The notes: a model not told the origin generated them from the letters alone. A DNA stretch of 64,000 nt from Iphione sp. A-MEVVRFRX5 (GCA_976226885.1 OZ320322.1:15128001-15192000), one strand, 5' to 3'. Shown: positions 1 to 11,309, counted from the first letter of the stretch. A program made the numbers and translations.

Positions 1-946
1 CCTCACATGGTACCTCGATTTCCCTCTTCTCTTGCTGTTTCTTGATAGCATACATATGTGCATTTATGGCCTTGCTCTTCATCTTATCTATGGTCACAAT
101 GTCCTTCCACTCGACCTGGCCAATTTGCAGAGCTTCCCACAGCTCAGACACCTAGTTGGAGTTTGGAGACCACTCCAAGGCCTCAGTCTCCCCTTTCAAA
201 TGTAGTAGCAAATGCTGCTGAAGTGACTTGGCCTTATCCATAGACATTGTGATCGTACCTGCTATGCAGTGGTGGAAGGTAAGTTTCCCTAGCTCAGGCT
301 TCTCTAACTTAGGGAGGTGTACATATGCAGCTTGGGTAGCCTTCAAGGGTTTCTTACCTGCAGGTACAATCTTAGGGTACCTAGCTGCTAGTATGTCTTG
401 GATTTGGCCACCGGCTGCTCTTGGTAGTCTGGTGATGATGTTGACTCCTCGATCCTCTGTCTTATCCTCATCCTCCTCGTTCTACTGATCATCAGTCCCA
501 TCCTGCTCAGGTGCTCGGCTACTCGTGATTATCGTTGATTTCTTTTTCTTATCCTTCTTGGAGGGCTTTTTACCTTCAGAATTTTCTTCTAGGATTTGTA
601 AGTGCTTGATAATGTCCTCAAGGAATTTAGACTGTTTAGGTAATAGTGCTTCTGCCATTGTGGTGATTTGACTCTGCAGCACTCACTCTCAGAATGACAA
701 TTGGCCAGGCATGAACAGCTTAGGCAAGTCCTGATGCAGAGTCGCCCTCTGGTGTGATATGCATGAACGCTCCAGTTTTTCACCATTTGTGTGTTTTTTC
801 TTTGTGTGTGTGCATGTGTTACTGCGTGTGTATGAAACTGTTAAAGGATTCTTTTGTAATAACAGTGGAACTCCCTTGTATGGAGTGTCACAGGTTGAAA
901 ACTTAGGTGATAGGTACCGATGATGGGTGGGAATGGCATGTGTCAT
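1..946 (-). pseudogene. Degraded ~315-codon ORF running off the left edge; possible TE accessory ORF
   Basis: ORF-track pieces 689-946, 482-682 and 152-346 share one frame, which continues to base 1 (QVEWKDIVTIDKMKSKAINAH). It is broken only by stops at 689, 683, 482 and 152. Lys/Glu-rich middle segment. No known domain recognised. Confidence 0.4.
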
Positions 947-1562
947 ATATGGTAAAAGGTAGTAGTGTGTAGGTATTTACAGCAGAAATTTTAAAAGATG
1001 GTTTTATGTTTAACTGATTAAGGCCTGGTTTCCAGGCTTAAATGAGGGTGTGGGGTCTGGAGTTGACAAAAAATGATTCTACACAGTGCAACTGAGGGTA
1101 TTACAAGTGTATAAGTATAGGGTCTTGAGTCTGGAGTCTGAAGTCTTTAGTCTAGAGGTGTCTGTAGCTCAAAAACCAGGAAAATTAATTTCTTCTGTAC
1201 TTTGGAGCACCACAGATGAGTAGGATAGAGAAATGAGTAGGAGGATCACTGTCTAAGATATGTTAAGTCGTGTAGATATAATCAAATCTGCATATAATTT
1301 GCAAAAAAAAATGAGTCTACATAGATTTGGTCCAAATTTCTTGAGATCTGCACAAGCAAACTCGCTGTTTACACGGATTTGGTGAGAATTCTTCAAGATC
1401 AGCACAAAAAAGTTGCAGTTTGCACAAATAGGCCAGAATTCCTAGCAGATTAGTTATATATGCCACACATTGAAACCCACACACATAGGAGAACAGACCA
1501 CCTTTGCCTGCTCCCTGGCCCTCTGCAAAGTCCTTCTGTACAAATGGAACACCCCTCTCTGT

Positions 1563-2108
1563 TGTAACACAGTAAAGGTTGACGGTTATCGTAATGGGAC
1601 TGAATGGGAAAGGGAAAAACAGTAGTTATAATAGGGATATGAGACTGCTGTATGTAAAGTGTACAGATATACGCAATTGTAAGTAGGGCCACTCGTGGAG
1701 CCATGTCGCTTTGACTAAAAATTTTCGTGTAAATAGGATGTGATCTTTCGTGAGCTCCGCAGTTCTTCGTAATCAGCAGTAACGGTAATAGGACCTCACG
1801 GTCGTTCGGAGGCTCCTTGTTTCACACTGCGCAAAACAAGATAAGAGATACTTGGTACCAAGCGCTACCCTGGAAACGAGGTGTTAGTGACGCCAATCCG
1901 GTAGAATAATTAACGACTCATTGTATCTGAATGTAAGTTGGACATTTGACGAACGGCGTCATCCGGTCTATCGAGTATATAAGATTGGCAGTCTGACGAT
2001 TTGGGCGGACTCGCCCCGGTTGCTGTACATCGTTGACGCTGTGTTGCTGAACCTTGAAGAATAAAGGCTGAATCGAACCTGACTTGGGGTGTTGCAATTT
2101 GTGCTACA
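1563..2108 (+). repeat. 5' LTR of element A
   Basis: TG...CA termini, TATA-like GTATATAAG near 1976, AATAAA near 2060; 8 mismatches versus the 3' LTR by manual comparison. Confidence 0.97.
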
Positions 2109-2117
2109 CCCATCTTT

Positions 2118-2135
2118 TGGTGCCGTGACCAGGAT
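2118..2135 (+). promoter_or_regulatory. Primer-binding site, tRNA-His
   Basis: TGGTGCCGTGACCAGGAT is the reverse complement of a tRNA-His 3' end of the Drosophila type (ATCCTGGTCACGGCA-CCA). Confidence 0.9.
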
Positions 2136-2157
2136 CAGCCGAAGAACATCGAACTTC

Positions 2158-2836
2158 ATGTGGGCACTAACATAGCAACCCTTCGTTAGCGAGGTCGCTG
2201 AAGAGGCGAATCGGCACGTCGTCTACTCGTCATACTTCGTCAAGGGGCGAAGACCGTTATGTTCGTGGTTTAGAGGGCGACGGAGCGGACCGAAAATTAT
2301 TACGGCGTGTTGGGTCACCAAGACGGCGTACCCTGGACATCGTCCGAGAGCCCAGGCTACCCCGACGCGTCACAGAGTTGGACCTGCCAAGAGGGGTACG
2401 CCGTCTTGGTGACAAACAGCCGCTGGACTTGTCGGGATTGTCGCTGAAAGAACGAATCTCGAGTCCAAGGGCAAAGACGGTGACCGAGGGCACCAGGCGA
2501 GTGTCCCCCGATCCCCGACGGGATCGGTCAGCAGTGTCGGCAACCATTACGGAACTCGGAGGACCGGGTTGCCTGCAGCTACCCCCTGCCGAGGCAAGCA
2601 GGACGTCAGACCCGTCGCCGGAGCTGAGTCCCCAGGACCTGAGGCACACCATCACGAGGCAACGAGCAGAGAAGGCAGAGGATGCTCTCGAGCAGACGCA
2701 GCGAATTCTACGGTCCATGAACATCGGCGAAATCGCTCAAGACGAAGCCTTTGTGCTGTGGGTCGCGAATCGGGGCCGGGGACAGCCGGTGAGGAACTTG
2801 ACAGCCGTGCGAACTGGTCAATCAACGAGTGCCTGA
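2158..2836 (+). pseudogene. ORF0: extra ORF upstream of gag in element A (disrupted)
   Basis: ATG 2158 gives MWALT*QPFVSEVAEEANRH, matching MWALTHQPIISEVMEAVNQH in A2. The 2378-2836 frame has motifs PQDLRH and FVLWVA, matching PNDLRH and HFLWYA in A2. Confidence 0.6.
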
Positions 2837-2988
2837 GATCAGACTGATCCAACAACCAAGATGAAGCTGAAGCTGAAAGGTGAGCGGGAGTTTGTGAACT
2901 CTCTGCCAAGACAATAGTAGGGTCTAGAGGGCAGGGCCTTAAGAAAAAAAAAAAAAAAATTAACAAGGGTAAAAATATCCTGAGTAAC

Positions 2989-3168
2989 ATGGATTTGACC
3001 ACCTTACAGTTTGACTCCCGATCTGTCGGATATATCATAATTATGCTTCTCCTTGCCACTGTACTAATGGGGGTTCTGGGATACCTAACGTGTAGACTGG
3101 TCCCTGGGTGTGGCACCCCAGAATTAGTATTGGTGGGGAAAGAACCGGAACCATATGCACTACCGTAG
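2989..3168 (+). CDS. 59-aa single-pass membrane micro-ORF between ORF0 and gag
   Basis: MDLTTLQFDSRSVGYIIIMLLLATVLMGVLGYLTCRLVPGCGTPELVLVGKEPEPYALP*; clear hydrophobic helix; just under the ORF-track cutoff. Confidence 0.5.
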   Translation: MDLTTLQFDSRSVGYIIIMLLLATVLMGVLGYLTCRLVPGCGTPELVLVGKEPEPYALP

Positions 3169-3187
3169 GCCTATGTAAATTTCATTT

Positions 3188-4138
3188 ATGGTGGAGCCTG
3201 TAGGCCCCGCTCCTATGGAAGTAGGGCCCGACTTGCAACGTTGCTTTAGAGGAATAGACCAACATTTGGCTAAGGTAACTGAGAATTTGAGTATCCAAGG
3301 AGCAAAGCAGTCAGTGCCTAGCTTTGACGGGAAACCTAAGAGTTTCAAACCCTGGTTAAAAGCTATTGAGCATGCCACCATCGGTTACGTTGTTCAGCCG
3401 GATGGGGCTGTGCGTTTCAAGCAGCGCTTAGCTCAGCTAACCGCTGAAGGGCCGGTGGCAGATTACATCATACGCTACATTGAAGAACAAGACAATAGGC
3501 TACGGGGAGATGATCCGCAAGCAGGGGAACCACCCTTGACTGTGGTAGAATGGGAACGATTTTGAGAACAATTATCGCGCCGGTTTGGGGAAGTAATTGA
3601 CCCAGTTCATGCAAAGGGGTTGTTACGAAAATGTAAGCAACGCTCGGACGAGACCATTTATGTCTATTCGGAGCGGCTGCTTGACCTGGCCAGAGACGCC
3701 TTTACTGTTGAAGAAATGCGGCAGGCTGCCGTACAACAGCAATTCGTGGAATTCTTCACAGATGGTGTTAAGAATCCAAAGGTCGCCAGGAAAATTATCC
3801 GAGAGGGTCCGGAGGATTTTGTGGCAGCGGTAGCGTGTGCCGAAGGGGAGACGGAAGTTCTGAGACATATTTCCTTGCGGGGGAGGGACGACCACACCCC
3901 TATGGAGGTGGACGCTATCGACGCTAACCGGAAGCGGTTTCAGGGCACGTGTCACTGTTGCGGGAAGCAGGGGCACATGGCAAAGAATTGCTTTGCGGCC
4001 AAAACTAAGCTGAGGGGGCAGAAGGAGGGTGCGCCCCAGCAGCCATTGCAAAAGGTGATTAAGAAGGTCCAATGTTACGCATGTAAGAAATTTGGACATT
4101 ACCAGTCTCAATGCCCGAATAAGACTTCAGCCACATAA
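3188..4138 (+). pseudogene. gag: Gag with two CCHC zinc knuckles; one premature stop at 3563
   Basis: CHCCGKQGHMAKNC and CYACKKFGHYQSQC, VPSFDGKP capsid-like start, PMEVD motif. Confidence 0.92.
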
Positions 4139-4143
4139 CTAAA

Positions 4144-7100
4144 TTGCCAACTAGATTGTACAAAATGGATAGGCCAACGATCAAAATTAAAGTAGGCCCA
4201 TACGGGTTTCGCGCTCTGCTAGATACTGGGGCAGACGTGTCAGTAGTGAGGGAGGATATCTATCGCAGTTTGGAAAAGAGACAGCTTGCTACCCCTGCGG
4301 GGCCTCCACCTACGGCCGTCCGAGGTGTGGATGGGGGAGAATTGCGGCAGGAAGGAACAACTGTTGTCGGGTTTTCCATAATGGGAAAACATTTCTCCAC
4401 GGAGTTCCGGATTATGAGTAGTACTCGTCACACGTTTATCTTGGGATGGGATTGGTTAAGCCAACACCCCATGCAGCTCTTACCGGAGGAGGGCATCGTG
4501 CGATGCGGGTCACTGTTGGTTCCCATGATTGGGGAGCAGCAGATTGATGCCATCGTGCGCGCTGAAGCAGACACAGTGCTGCCGCCGGGCACTGTGGTGC
4601 TGGCGTTCGGGAATCGTAGACAAAAAGGGACCCTCGGAGAAGATACTGCTACCATGATAGTCCGTGGCTCCAAGCAGAGCTATTTAACGGAGGAACCGGG
4701 CGTCCTGGTGGCGAATTGCCTGACAACAATAAGGTCAGAGAAGGTACCGGTGCTCATCGTTAATACTACCACCTGTACTCTTATGGTGAGGGCGGGAAAT
4801 GTGATTGCAGAAATAGAGACCGTGGCGGATGGGAATTATGTGGAGTTGGGATTAGTACAAGCAGATGCTTCGCCTGCTCCAAGGGAGTTGAAGTCAGCAG
4901 TGGCCTCACTAGAGGAATTGTTGACAAACAATGAGGACCTATTTGCGGCCTCAGATATGGAGCTGGGATGTACCCATCTTGTCACGATGGAAATTGACAC
5001 CGGGAACCATGAGCCGATAGCGCAAAGACCGTACCACACCCCTTTATCCAGACAAGCCATGGTGGAAGAAAAGATTCAGGGCATGTTGGATGCCGGAATC
5101 ATCCGCACTAGTCGCAGTCCATGGGCCTCACCAATAGTGTTGGTAGAGAAAAAGGATGGCACTATGCGGTTTTGCGTCGATTACCGACGAGTTAACGAGG
5201 TAACGGTCAAATTTAATTGACCGTTGCCCCGCATTGATGACATCTTAGCAAAGCTTGGAGGTAGCACGTGCTTCTCGACGTTGGACTTGCGAAGTGGCTA
5301 CCATCAAGTGTCGATGGAGGAAACTTCATGACCCAAAACTGCGTTTGCTTGTCATGCCGGCTTGTTTGAGTTTAATGTCATGCCGTTCGGCTTGTGTAAC
5401 ACGCCGAGCGTCTTTTGCGAATTAATGGCTAAGGTGTTGGACGGGATTAATGGGACCTTTACCACAGCCTATATCGATGATATATTGGTTTGGTCCCCGG
5501 ACCAAGCCACACATCTCTGCCATTTGCAGACGGTGTTCGATTGATTGCGAGATGCTGGACTTAAGTTGAAGCGCAGTAAGTGTGACTTCTTCTGCCCCCA
5601 GCTGCAATATCTAGGCCATGTGATCACACCTATGGGGGTGCGACCCGACGAGGGTAAGGTTACCAGTATCTCTGAATTAGAGCCGCCTAACGACGTGAAG
5701 GGAGTGAGATCCTTTATTGGGATGGTGAGCTTCTATAGGAGGTACGTGCCATCATTTGCCCAGATTGCCGAGCCATTGATCGCAATGACACGTAAGCGAG
5801 CCAAGTTTCAGTGGACTCTGGAGTGTCAATGCGCCTTTGACACCCTTAAGGAGAAACTTACCAATCCCCCTCTGCTGGCCTTTCCTGTGTTTGACAGGGA
5901 GTTCATTTTGTACACCGATGCTAGTGACGCCTGCATCGGAGCAGTGTTAGTACAAGAGTTTGACGACGGAGAGAAACCGATCCAGTATATGTCGCACCAC
6001 CTGAGTGAGACTCAACAGAGATGGCCCGTGATTGAAAAGGAAGGGTTTGCCATCATCTCTGCCATATGTAAGTTCCGCGCTTTCCTCTACGGACACAAAT
6101 TTGTTGTCCGAACTGATCACAAACCTTTGAAATTCCTGTTTAAGTCAGAACAGAAGAATGCAAAGGTCCAACGATGGGCTATGCAGCTTTCTGAGTATGA
6201 CTGTGAAATTCAATATATTCCTGGTAGGGAGAATATCCCAGCTGATGCTTTAAGTCAGTTGTGGTCCGGTCAGACGGACCCACAAGTGGAAGCCCCCACT
6301 CAGGAGGGCCGAAATTTATGAAGGTGGAGCAATTATGGTACTATGTGAGAGAGCGTCCGGAAGCTTGCTTGTGTTTAGTAGTGCCTAAGGTGTACCGTAG
6401 TGCAGTGTTGGATCAGCAACACGATCAGATGGGGCATTTGGGAATCGATAAAACGTACGACCGAGTGCGAGTGCTGTACTACTGGAAGAATCTATTCAAG
6501 GACGTCGTCGCTCATGTACGTGCGTGTGTGATATGTAACACACGTAACTTGAAGAGGCAATTGAGGCCACTTCAGGAGATGGAGAGTATTACCTTTCCAT
6601 TTCAGAAATTGGCGGTCGATACCTGTGGACCGTACCAGGAATCCGAAGCCGGGTACGTGTATCTGCTGACCCTTATTGACATTTATTCCGGGTGGCCTGA
6701 GATGTTCCCCATGAAAAACAAACAGGCCCAGACGGTCGCGACAATTTTCCTGAATGAGGTGATTCCTCGACACGGATGTCCTGTGGTATTGTTATCCGAC
6801 AACGGGACAGAGTTCGTGAATGAGGTAGTGAAGGAACTTTGTCGACAGCTCGTGGTAGCCCGTATCACCACTAGTCCGTATCATCCTGCAGGAAACGGTA
6901 AGGTTGAACGGATGCACCGAGTGTGGAATGACGTCGTGGCAAAATTGACCCAGGGAGATATGGCGCATTGGGAGAAGGTTGTGCCCTCTGCTTTATTGGC
7001 TCTAAGGATGAGTACCAATGAGTCAACTAAGTATACCCCCTTCTACCTCCTCCATGCGAGGGGCCCAATACTGCCGCTGGACACGTTGCTCCAACCACGT

Positions 7101-7613
7101 GTGAGGTATTACGGGGAGGAGCATCATAAGCTCGCTTTACAGCGTCATCATCAGGCTATGACAGTGGTCCGCCGGAAAGTCGCCGCAGCGCGACAATGCA
7201 TGAAACGATATCATGACCAGTGAGCCATTGACGTGTCCTTTGAAGTGGGAGATCCTGTGTTTGTGCAGACCCCACTACGCCGCCATAAGTTGGATGTACG
7301 ATGGCAACCTTATGGGCGTATTGTTGAGAAACTTACTCCGGTCAATTTTATCGTTAAGGATCAGGTAACAGGGAAATTGTCGAAGGTCCATAGTGATCGT
7401 TTGCGGATGGCAAACCTGGACTTGTGGGTGCCAAAGCAACGGGATGGGCGACTGCGGCGGCGTGTTGCATTAGCTGCAGATGGGGCAACCTCCGGTTCGG
7501 AAGGGGGTTCGTCCTCGCCATCGGATGGGTCCGATGGGTTCTCTTCCACTGATGAGATTCCCTTAGCCCAGTTGTTTGGGAGAGAACGGCAGCACGAGCT
7601 TCGTGACCTGTAG
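4144..7613 (+). pseudogene. pol: Pol (protease, RT, RNase H, integrase) with premature stops and a frameshift near 6300
   Basis: ALLDTGAD protease; [20 protein letters not shown] and YIDD in RT; LYTDAS and RTDHKPL in RNase H; HHCC, SDNGTEF and GKVER in integrase; GPY/F-like tail. Confidence 0.95.
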
Positions 7614-10065
7614 AATGACCCTGATCTTCAACAGGAAGAGGGACGGGTCGAGGTGGAGGGCCCCGTCGGTGCTGACGTTCTTGATCAGGGTGCACGGACC
7701 TGATGTAGTCGAACCCGATCCAGCGGCCGAGGATTCTGGTGAAGGGTTAGGAGTGCTGCGCGACCAGCAGGTCGCCCGTGCAGTAGAGCAGCACAAGGCT
7801 GGGGAGGAGGCCGTCGCCCCAGTCAACCCGCCTGCAGCTCCTCCTATGGACGCAGAAAATAGGGAAGAAGGTGCAGTGGGAGGTCGGGAGCCGACTCCAC
7901 CGCGAGCACCTGAGACCGACGGTCAACCAGCCGTGGGGCTGGAGGACCATAGGCCACCCAGATATCACACGAGGGCAGCTGTAAAAAGAGAGCAAACGCT
8001 GCCGACTGAATTGCCACCAATGTATAAACGTCCGCGTCAATTTTGGACACGGGGACCATGGTATAAGTGGGATAGGGCCGAGCCTTACAGCCTCATACCC
8101 CCTTGGCAGATCTATGGCAACCGACCTCATGAGGAACCAGTGGCTCGGCTGATTATGAAATCACAATTAGATCGAGCGGTGATTTTACAAGCTCGAATCC
8201 AACAGGGTATTGGACGGATTGACAATATAGCTAAGCTTGGCACAGAAGAACACGCTAGACGCTTCCATGAGGAACATGTAGAGCGCCTGGATATATTCGG
8301 ATATCGCAACCGATCCCGAGCAAAGCGTAGCCCGGCCGTGTTGCTGGCCGCAGTTGGAGGTGTGGTATTAGTAGCCGGAACAGCTACTGGATTTGGGGTC
8401 CTCGGAAAGGAAATCCATGTGATTAAACAACGAGTCCATCAATTAGAGGCGCAGCAATTAGAGACTCTGACCATTATGAAGGACATGATGACTGTAATTA
8501 ATCAAACACGGCTGGACGCTCGGAGGAATCGTCAGCACATTAACGACGTGCTAAAGACATTGAAGGTGGTGGAAGTTGACCTATGGCAAGCTATTCATGT
8601 TATGAGTAATATTACAACACGGGAGATACGGCACATCCATGGTATTCTGAATGCGCAACGGTTCTATTCACGTTATGAATACCGTTTGGATGCATGGGAA
8701 ACCTCGATTGCGCGATTGGAAGCCCGTATTGACCATCTTTTAGGGGGCCGACTGACACCCGAGGTGTTGCCAGCCACTGAGTTACAAGGAATCTTGCTGA
8801 CTATCGAGCATCAGTTGCCAACTCAACTTAAGCTCCCGTATCAGGTCTCAGACGTGTGGAGCTATTATAGCGCTCTACCGGCCACCACTTTTATTTTTGA
8901 AGGACGAATCATCACTTCTATCATGATTCCGCTAGTTGACCCCGTGGCGTCCTACACCATCTACGAAGCAGTAAACATCCCTGTTCCTATGGCCGATGGG
9001 CGAGCTATTAAATTTGATTTGGAGTTTAAGTATTTTGGCATTACCCATGACAGACGTCGCTACGCCATTGTTACCCCAGAAGAGCTTATTCATTGTCGAT
9101 TGCAGGAAGACTCCTGTTTGGTATCGTCCCCAGTGTATGAATTAAATTTACACTCCTACTGCGTCCTAGCTATTTACCGACAAGAGGTAAAGAGAGTGCC
9201 TGCGTTGTGTATGCGGAGCATTCTAACCGGGCTTACTATGCCACAAGCCAAGTATTTGGATCAAGGAAGCTGGGTTGTGACTACACCCGTCACTCTATCG
9301 ATGCGTATCCAGTGCGTTAATGGTAGTACTTATCGACATAGTGTCCCGGCTCCGTTCGCCTTAGTTAAATTGCCCAATGGTTGTGGAGCCGTCGGAGATG
9401 ACATGTCATTGCCAACATATTACTACCAGTGTAATGAGTACGAAGTCGAGCAGGACCCCATTGAACTTCCCGCCAAACTGTTGGTTACTAAGCTATTGGT
9501 ATGGGTTCCGGAGCTCCCTCCAGCTCCGAACCATTCTGGCTCTCTACAGCCCTTGCCGGACTTTTCAGAAACGGATATTGAAGGTATAGTCCAGCGTTTC
9601 AATACGCTTCATGATAAGGTCGCTCGAAATCCTCTGATGCCAGGTACCTCACCGTTGTCAACAATAATGTGGGTCATTGGGGGGTTGAGCTCCGCTTTAA
9701 CACTATGTGGTTGTTGCTATTGCTGTTTTTGCAGCAAGGGACGTTGGAGACGGTTCCTAGCCAGCCGAAGGTCCGATAGCCCTGGTCCGGTTTCGGACAC
9801 GGCGTCCCAGGGATCTTCCCCTATCACCATTAATTTGGGAGGTGGTTCTAATTCTCCAACCCACTCCTCGGCTAGTGCCGGAGAAACCTTGTCCCTGCGA
9901 GCCCTGCCTTCCCCTAGTGCACCCGAACCTGCCCGTATCATGCCCGAGTGTGCAATGAAATTCAAGCAAGGTCCTAAGGAATTTGAGATATATCGCCCTA
10001 CTAATTCTAAGACTCCCACGGATTTGTACGCTCCAAATGAGCACCCCTTCTCTGTGTTCCGCTAG
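7576..10065 (+). CDS. env: Env-like class I fusion protein (baculovirus F / errantivirus Env type), intact 829-aa frame
   Basis: Furin site RSRAKR at 8311-8328 followed by a hydrophobic fusion peptide (VLLAAVGGVVLVAGTATGFGVLG), heptad repeats, GRLTPEVL motif, Cys-rich ectodomain, TM plus Cys cluster at ~9661-9732. Confidence 0.88.
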   Translation: MGENGSTSFVTCRMTLIFNRKRDGSRWRAPSVLTFLIRVHGPDVVEPDPAAEDSGEGLGVLRDQQVARAVEQHKAGEEAVAPVNPPAAPPMDAENREEGAVGGREPTPPRAPETDGQPAVGLEDHRPPRYHTRAAVKREQTLPTELPPMYKRPRQFWTRGPWYKWDRAEPYSLIPPWQIYGNRPHEEPVARLIMKSQLDRAVILQARIQQGIGRIDNIAKLGTEEHARRFHEEHVERLDIFGYRNRSRAKRSPAVLLAAVGGVVLVAGTATGFGVLGKEIHVIKQRVHQLEAQQLETLTIMKDMMTVINQTRLDARRNRQHINDVLKTLKVVEVDLWQAIHVMSNITTREIRHIHGILNAQRFYSRYEYRLDAWETSIARLEARIDHLLGGRLTPEVLPATELQGILLTIEHQLPTQLKLPYQVSDVWSYYSALPATTFIFEGRIITSIMIPLVDPVASYTIYEAVNIPVPMADGRAIKFDLEFKYFGITHDRRRYAIVTPEELIHCRLQEDSCLVSSPVYELNLHSYCVLAIYRQEVKRVPALCMRSILTGLTMPQAKYLDQGSWVVTTPVTLSMRIQCVNGSTYRHSVPAPFALVKLPNGCGAVGDDMSLPTYYYQCNEYEVEQDPIELPAKLLVTKLLVWVPELPPAPNHSGSLQPLPDFSETDIEGIVQRFNTLHDKVARNPLMPGTSPLSTIMWVIGGLSSALTLCGCCYCCFCSKGRWRRFLASRRSDSPGPVSDTASQGSSPITINLGGGSNSPTHSSASAGETLSLRALPSPSAPEPARIMPECAMKFKQGPKEFEIYRPTNSKTPTDLYAPNEHPFSVFR

Positions 10066-10529
10066 GAATCGAGTTGATAGTCACAGTCTTGGCAGAAGAG
10101 AAAGAAACTCTTGCTCAACCTGTGAATTTTGTGTGTATTCATGAATACTGTGTATCTGTCTCAATAAAAAGTTGATGTGTATGTACCTGCAGGAATTGTA
10201 TCAAACCATGTATTAAGATGTCTTGATGTAAGAAGGCTGCTTGTGTAATCAGTGTTCAAATAGCACAAGGTTCGGACACGGGTACCTCAATAATCTTGTA
10301 CATAATGTTAAGATCGGCGTGATTCAGTACCCCAGGGTGTGGAATTTTTAGGACATTGTGCTGTACATATTCGTTCCCAGAAAGTGTCACTCATGGTGTT
10401 GGCCCTTATGAGGTTGTCGTTTCAACAAGAGGTGCTTGCTTGGAAGGACACCTCATAAAAATTGGCATGAGTTTGAAATAAGAACTCTTGTCATTTCCTT
10501 CATCCTCTTCCCTTTTGGCAGCTTTCATG

Positions 10530-11256
10530 TCATTCGTGGCCACAGCAACAGACCCTGATGCTCATCCTTTTCCACATCCTGGAGGCCAGAAGATCAGGTT
10601 GGAGAATGAAAATTCTCCAATGTGATTGCCGTCCTAGGAGCTCGAGAGAGTAGGTACTCTCCAGAGCTGGGATGATCCGTGGCAGTAGGACCACACCAGT
10701 CCGTAAGTGGCAATGCCAGGGCCTGTCTGTTGGAGAGTCAGGGCTTAGGCTGTCGTCGGTGTGTCTCGATTGCTGAGTTCGTGAAAAGCCGATCTTAATG
10801 GGTGTTGTATAGTTAACTCTATGAAACGGGAGTGGGAAAATCTTAACGAAGTCCCTTAGATTTCCTGATGTATAGGTCCTTCTTGCAGGTGGGGTAGATT
10901 TCTCCACCAGGCTGATGGGTTTGACCGTCCTCTTCATCCCTCTTTTCAGTGCCGGTAACCACAGTGATATATTTCAGTGTGCCACTGACCGGTTTTCTAT
11001 CCTCATCTTCCGTGAATGTAACCAAACTCTCACGCAAGGGTCATCCAGCCACCTCTCTATCGTCTCTGTGTAAGAGACTCTGCTACCTGGTAGTACCACT
11101 CGTGGTTGGTGGGAGCGCCCAATTCCTGTTGAACTTGTCATATTGAACATGTATATTGAACCAGTTTCCTGTAAGACTTGAGTATTGACGCCTTCCGCTA
11201 ACCGTAATGCGAGCCAGGTATATTAAGATGGACATCTGGATCTTGTTGGTGTCCAT
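10530..11256 (-). pseudogene. Antisense ORF remnants in the 3' region of element A
   Basis: Frame from ATG 11256 to 10843 with two internal stops, overlapping a second frame at 10937-10530; no recognisable domain. Confidence 0.3.
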
Positions 11257-11295
11257 CGCCAGGTGTAATGACAACAATGCTGTGCATTGTTTCCC

Positions 11296-11309
11296 AAGGA
11301 GGGGAGGGA
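11296..11309 (+). promoter_or_regulatory. Polypurine tract of element A
   Basis: AAGGAGGGGAGGGA directly abutting the 3' LTR. Confidence 0.92.

Noticed and set aside
1450-1704. ORF starting MAPRVALLTIAY (also 11083-11451)
   Set aside because: Antisense reading of the LTR that crosses the insertion junction, so the same start appears twice
2944-2959. A16 tract inside element A
   Set aside because: No TSD or upstream retrocopy; treated as a simple homopolymer
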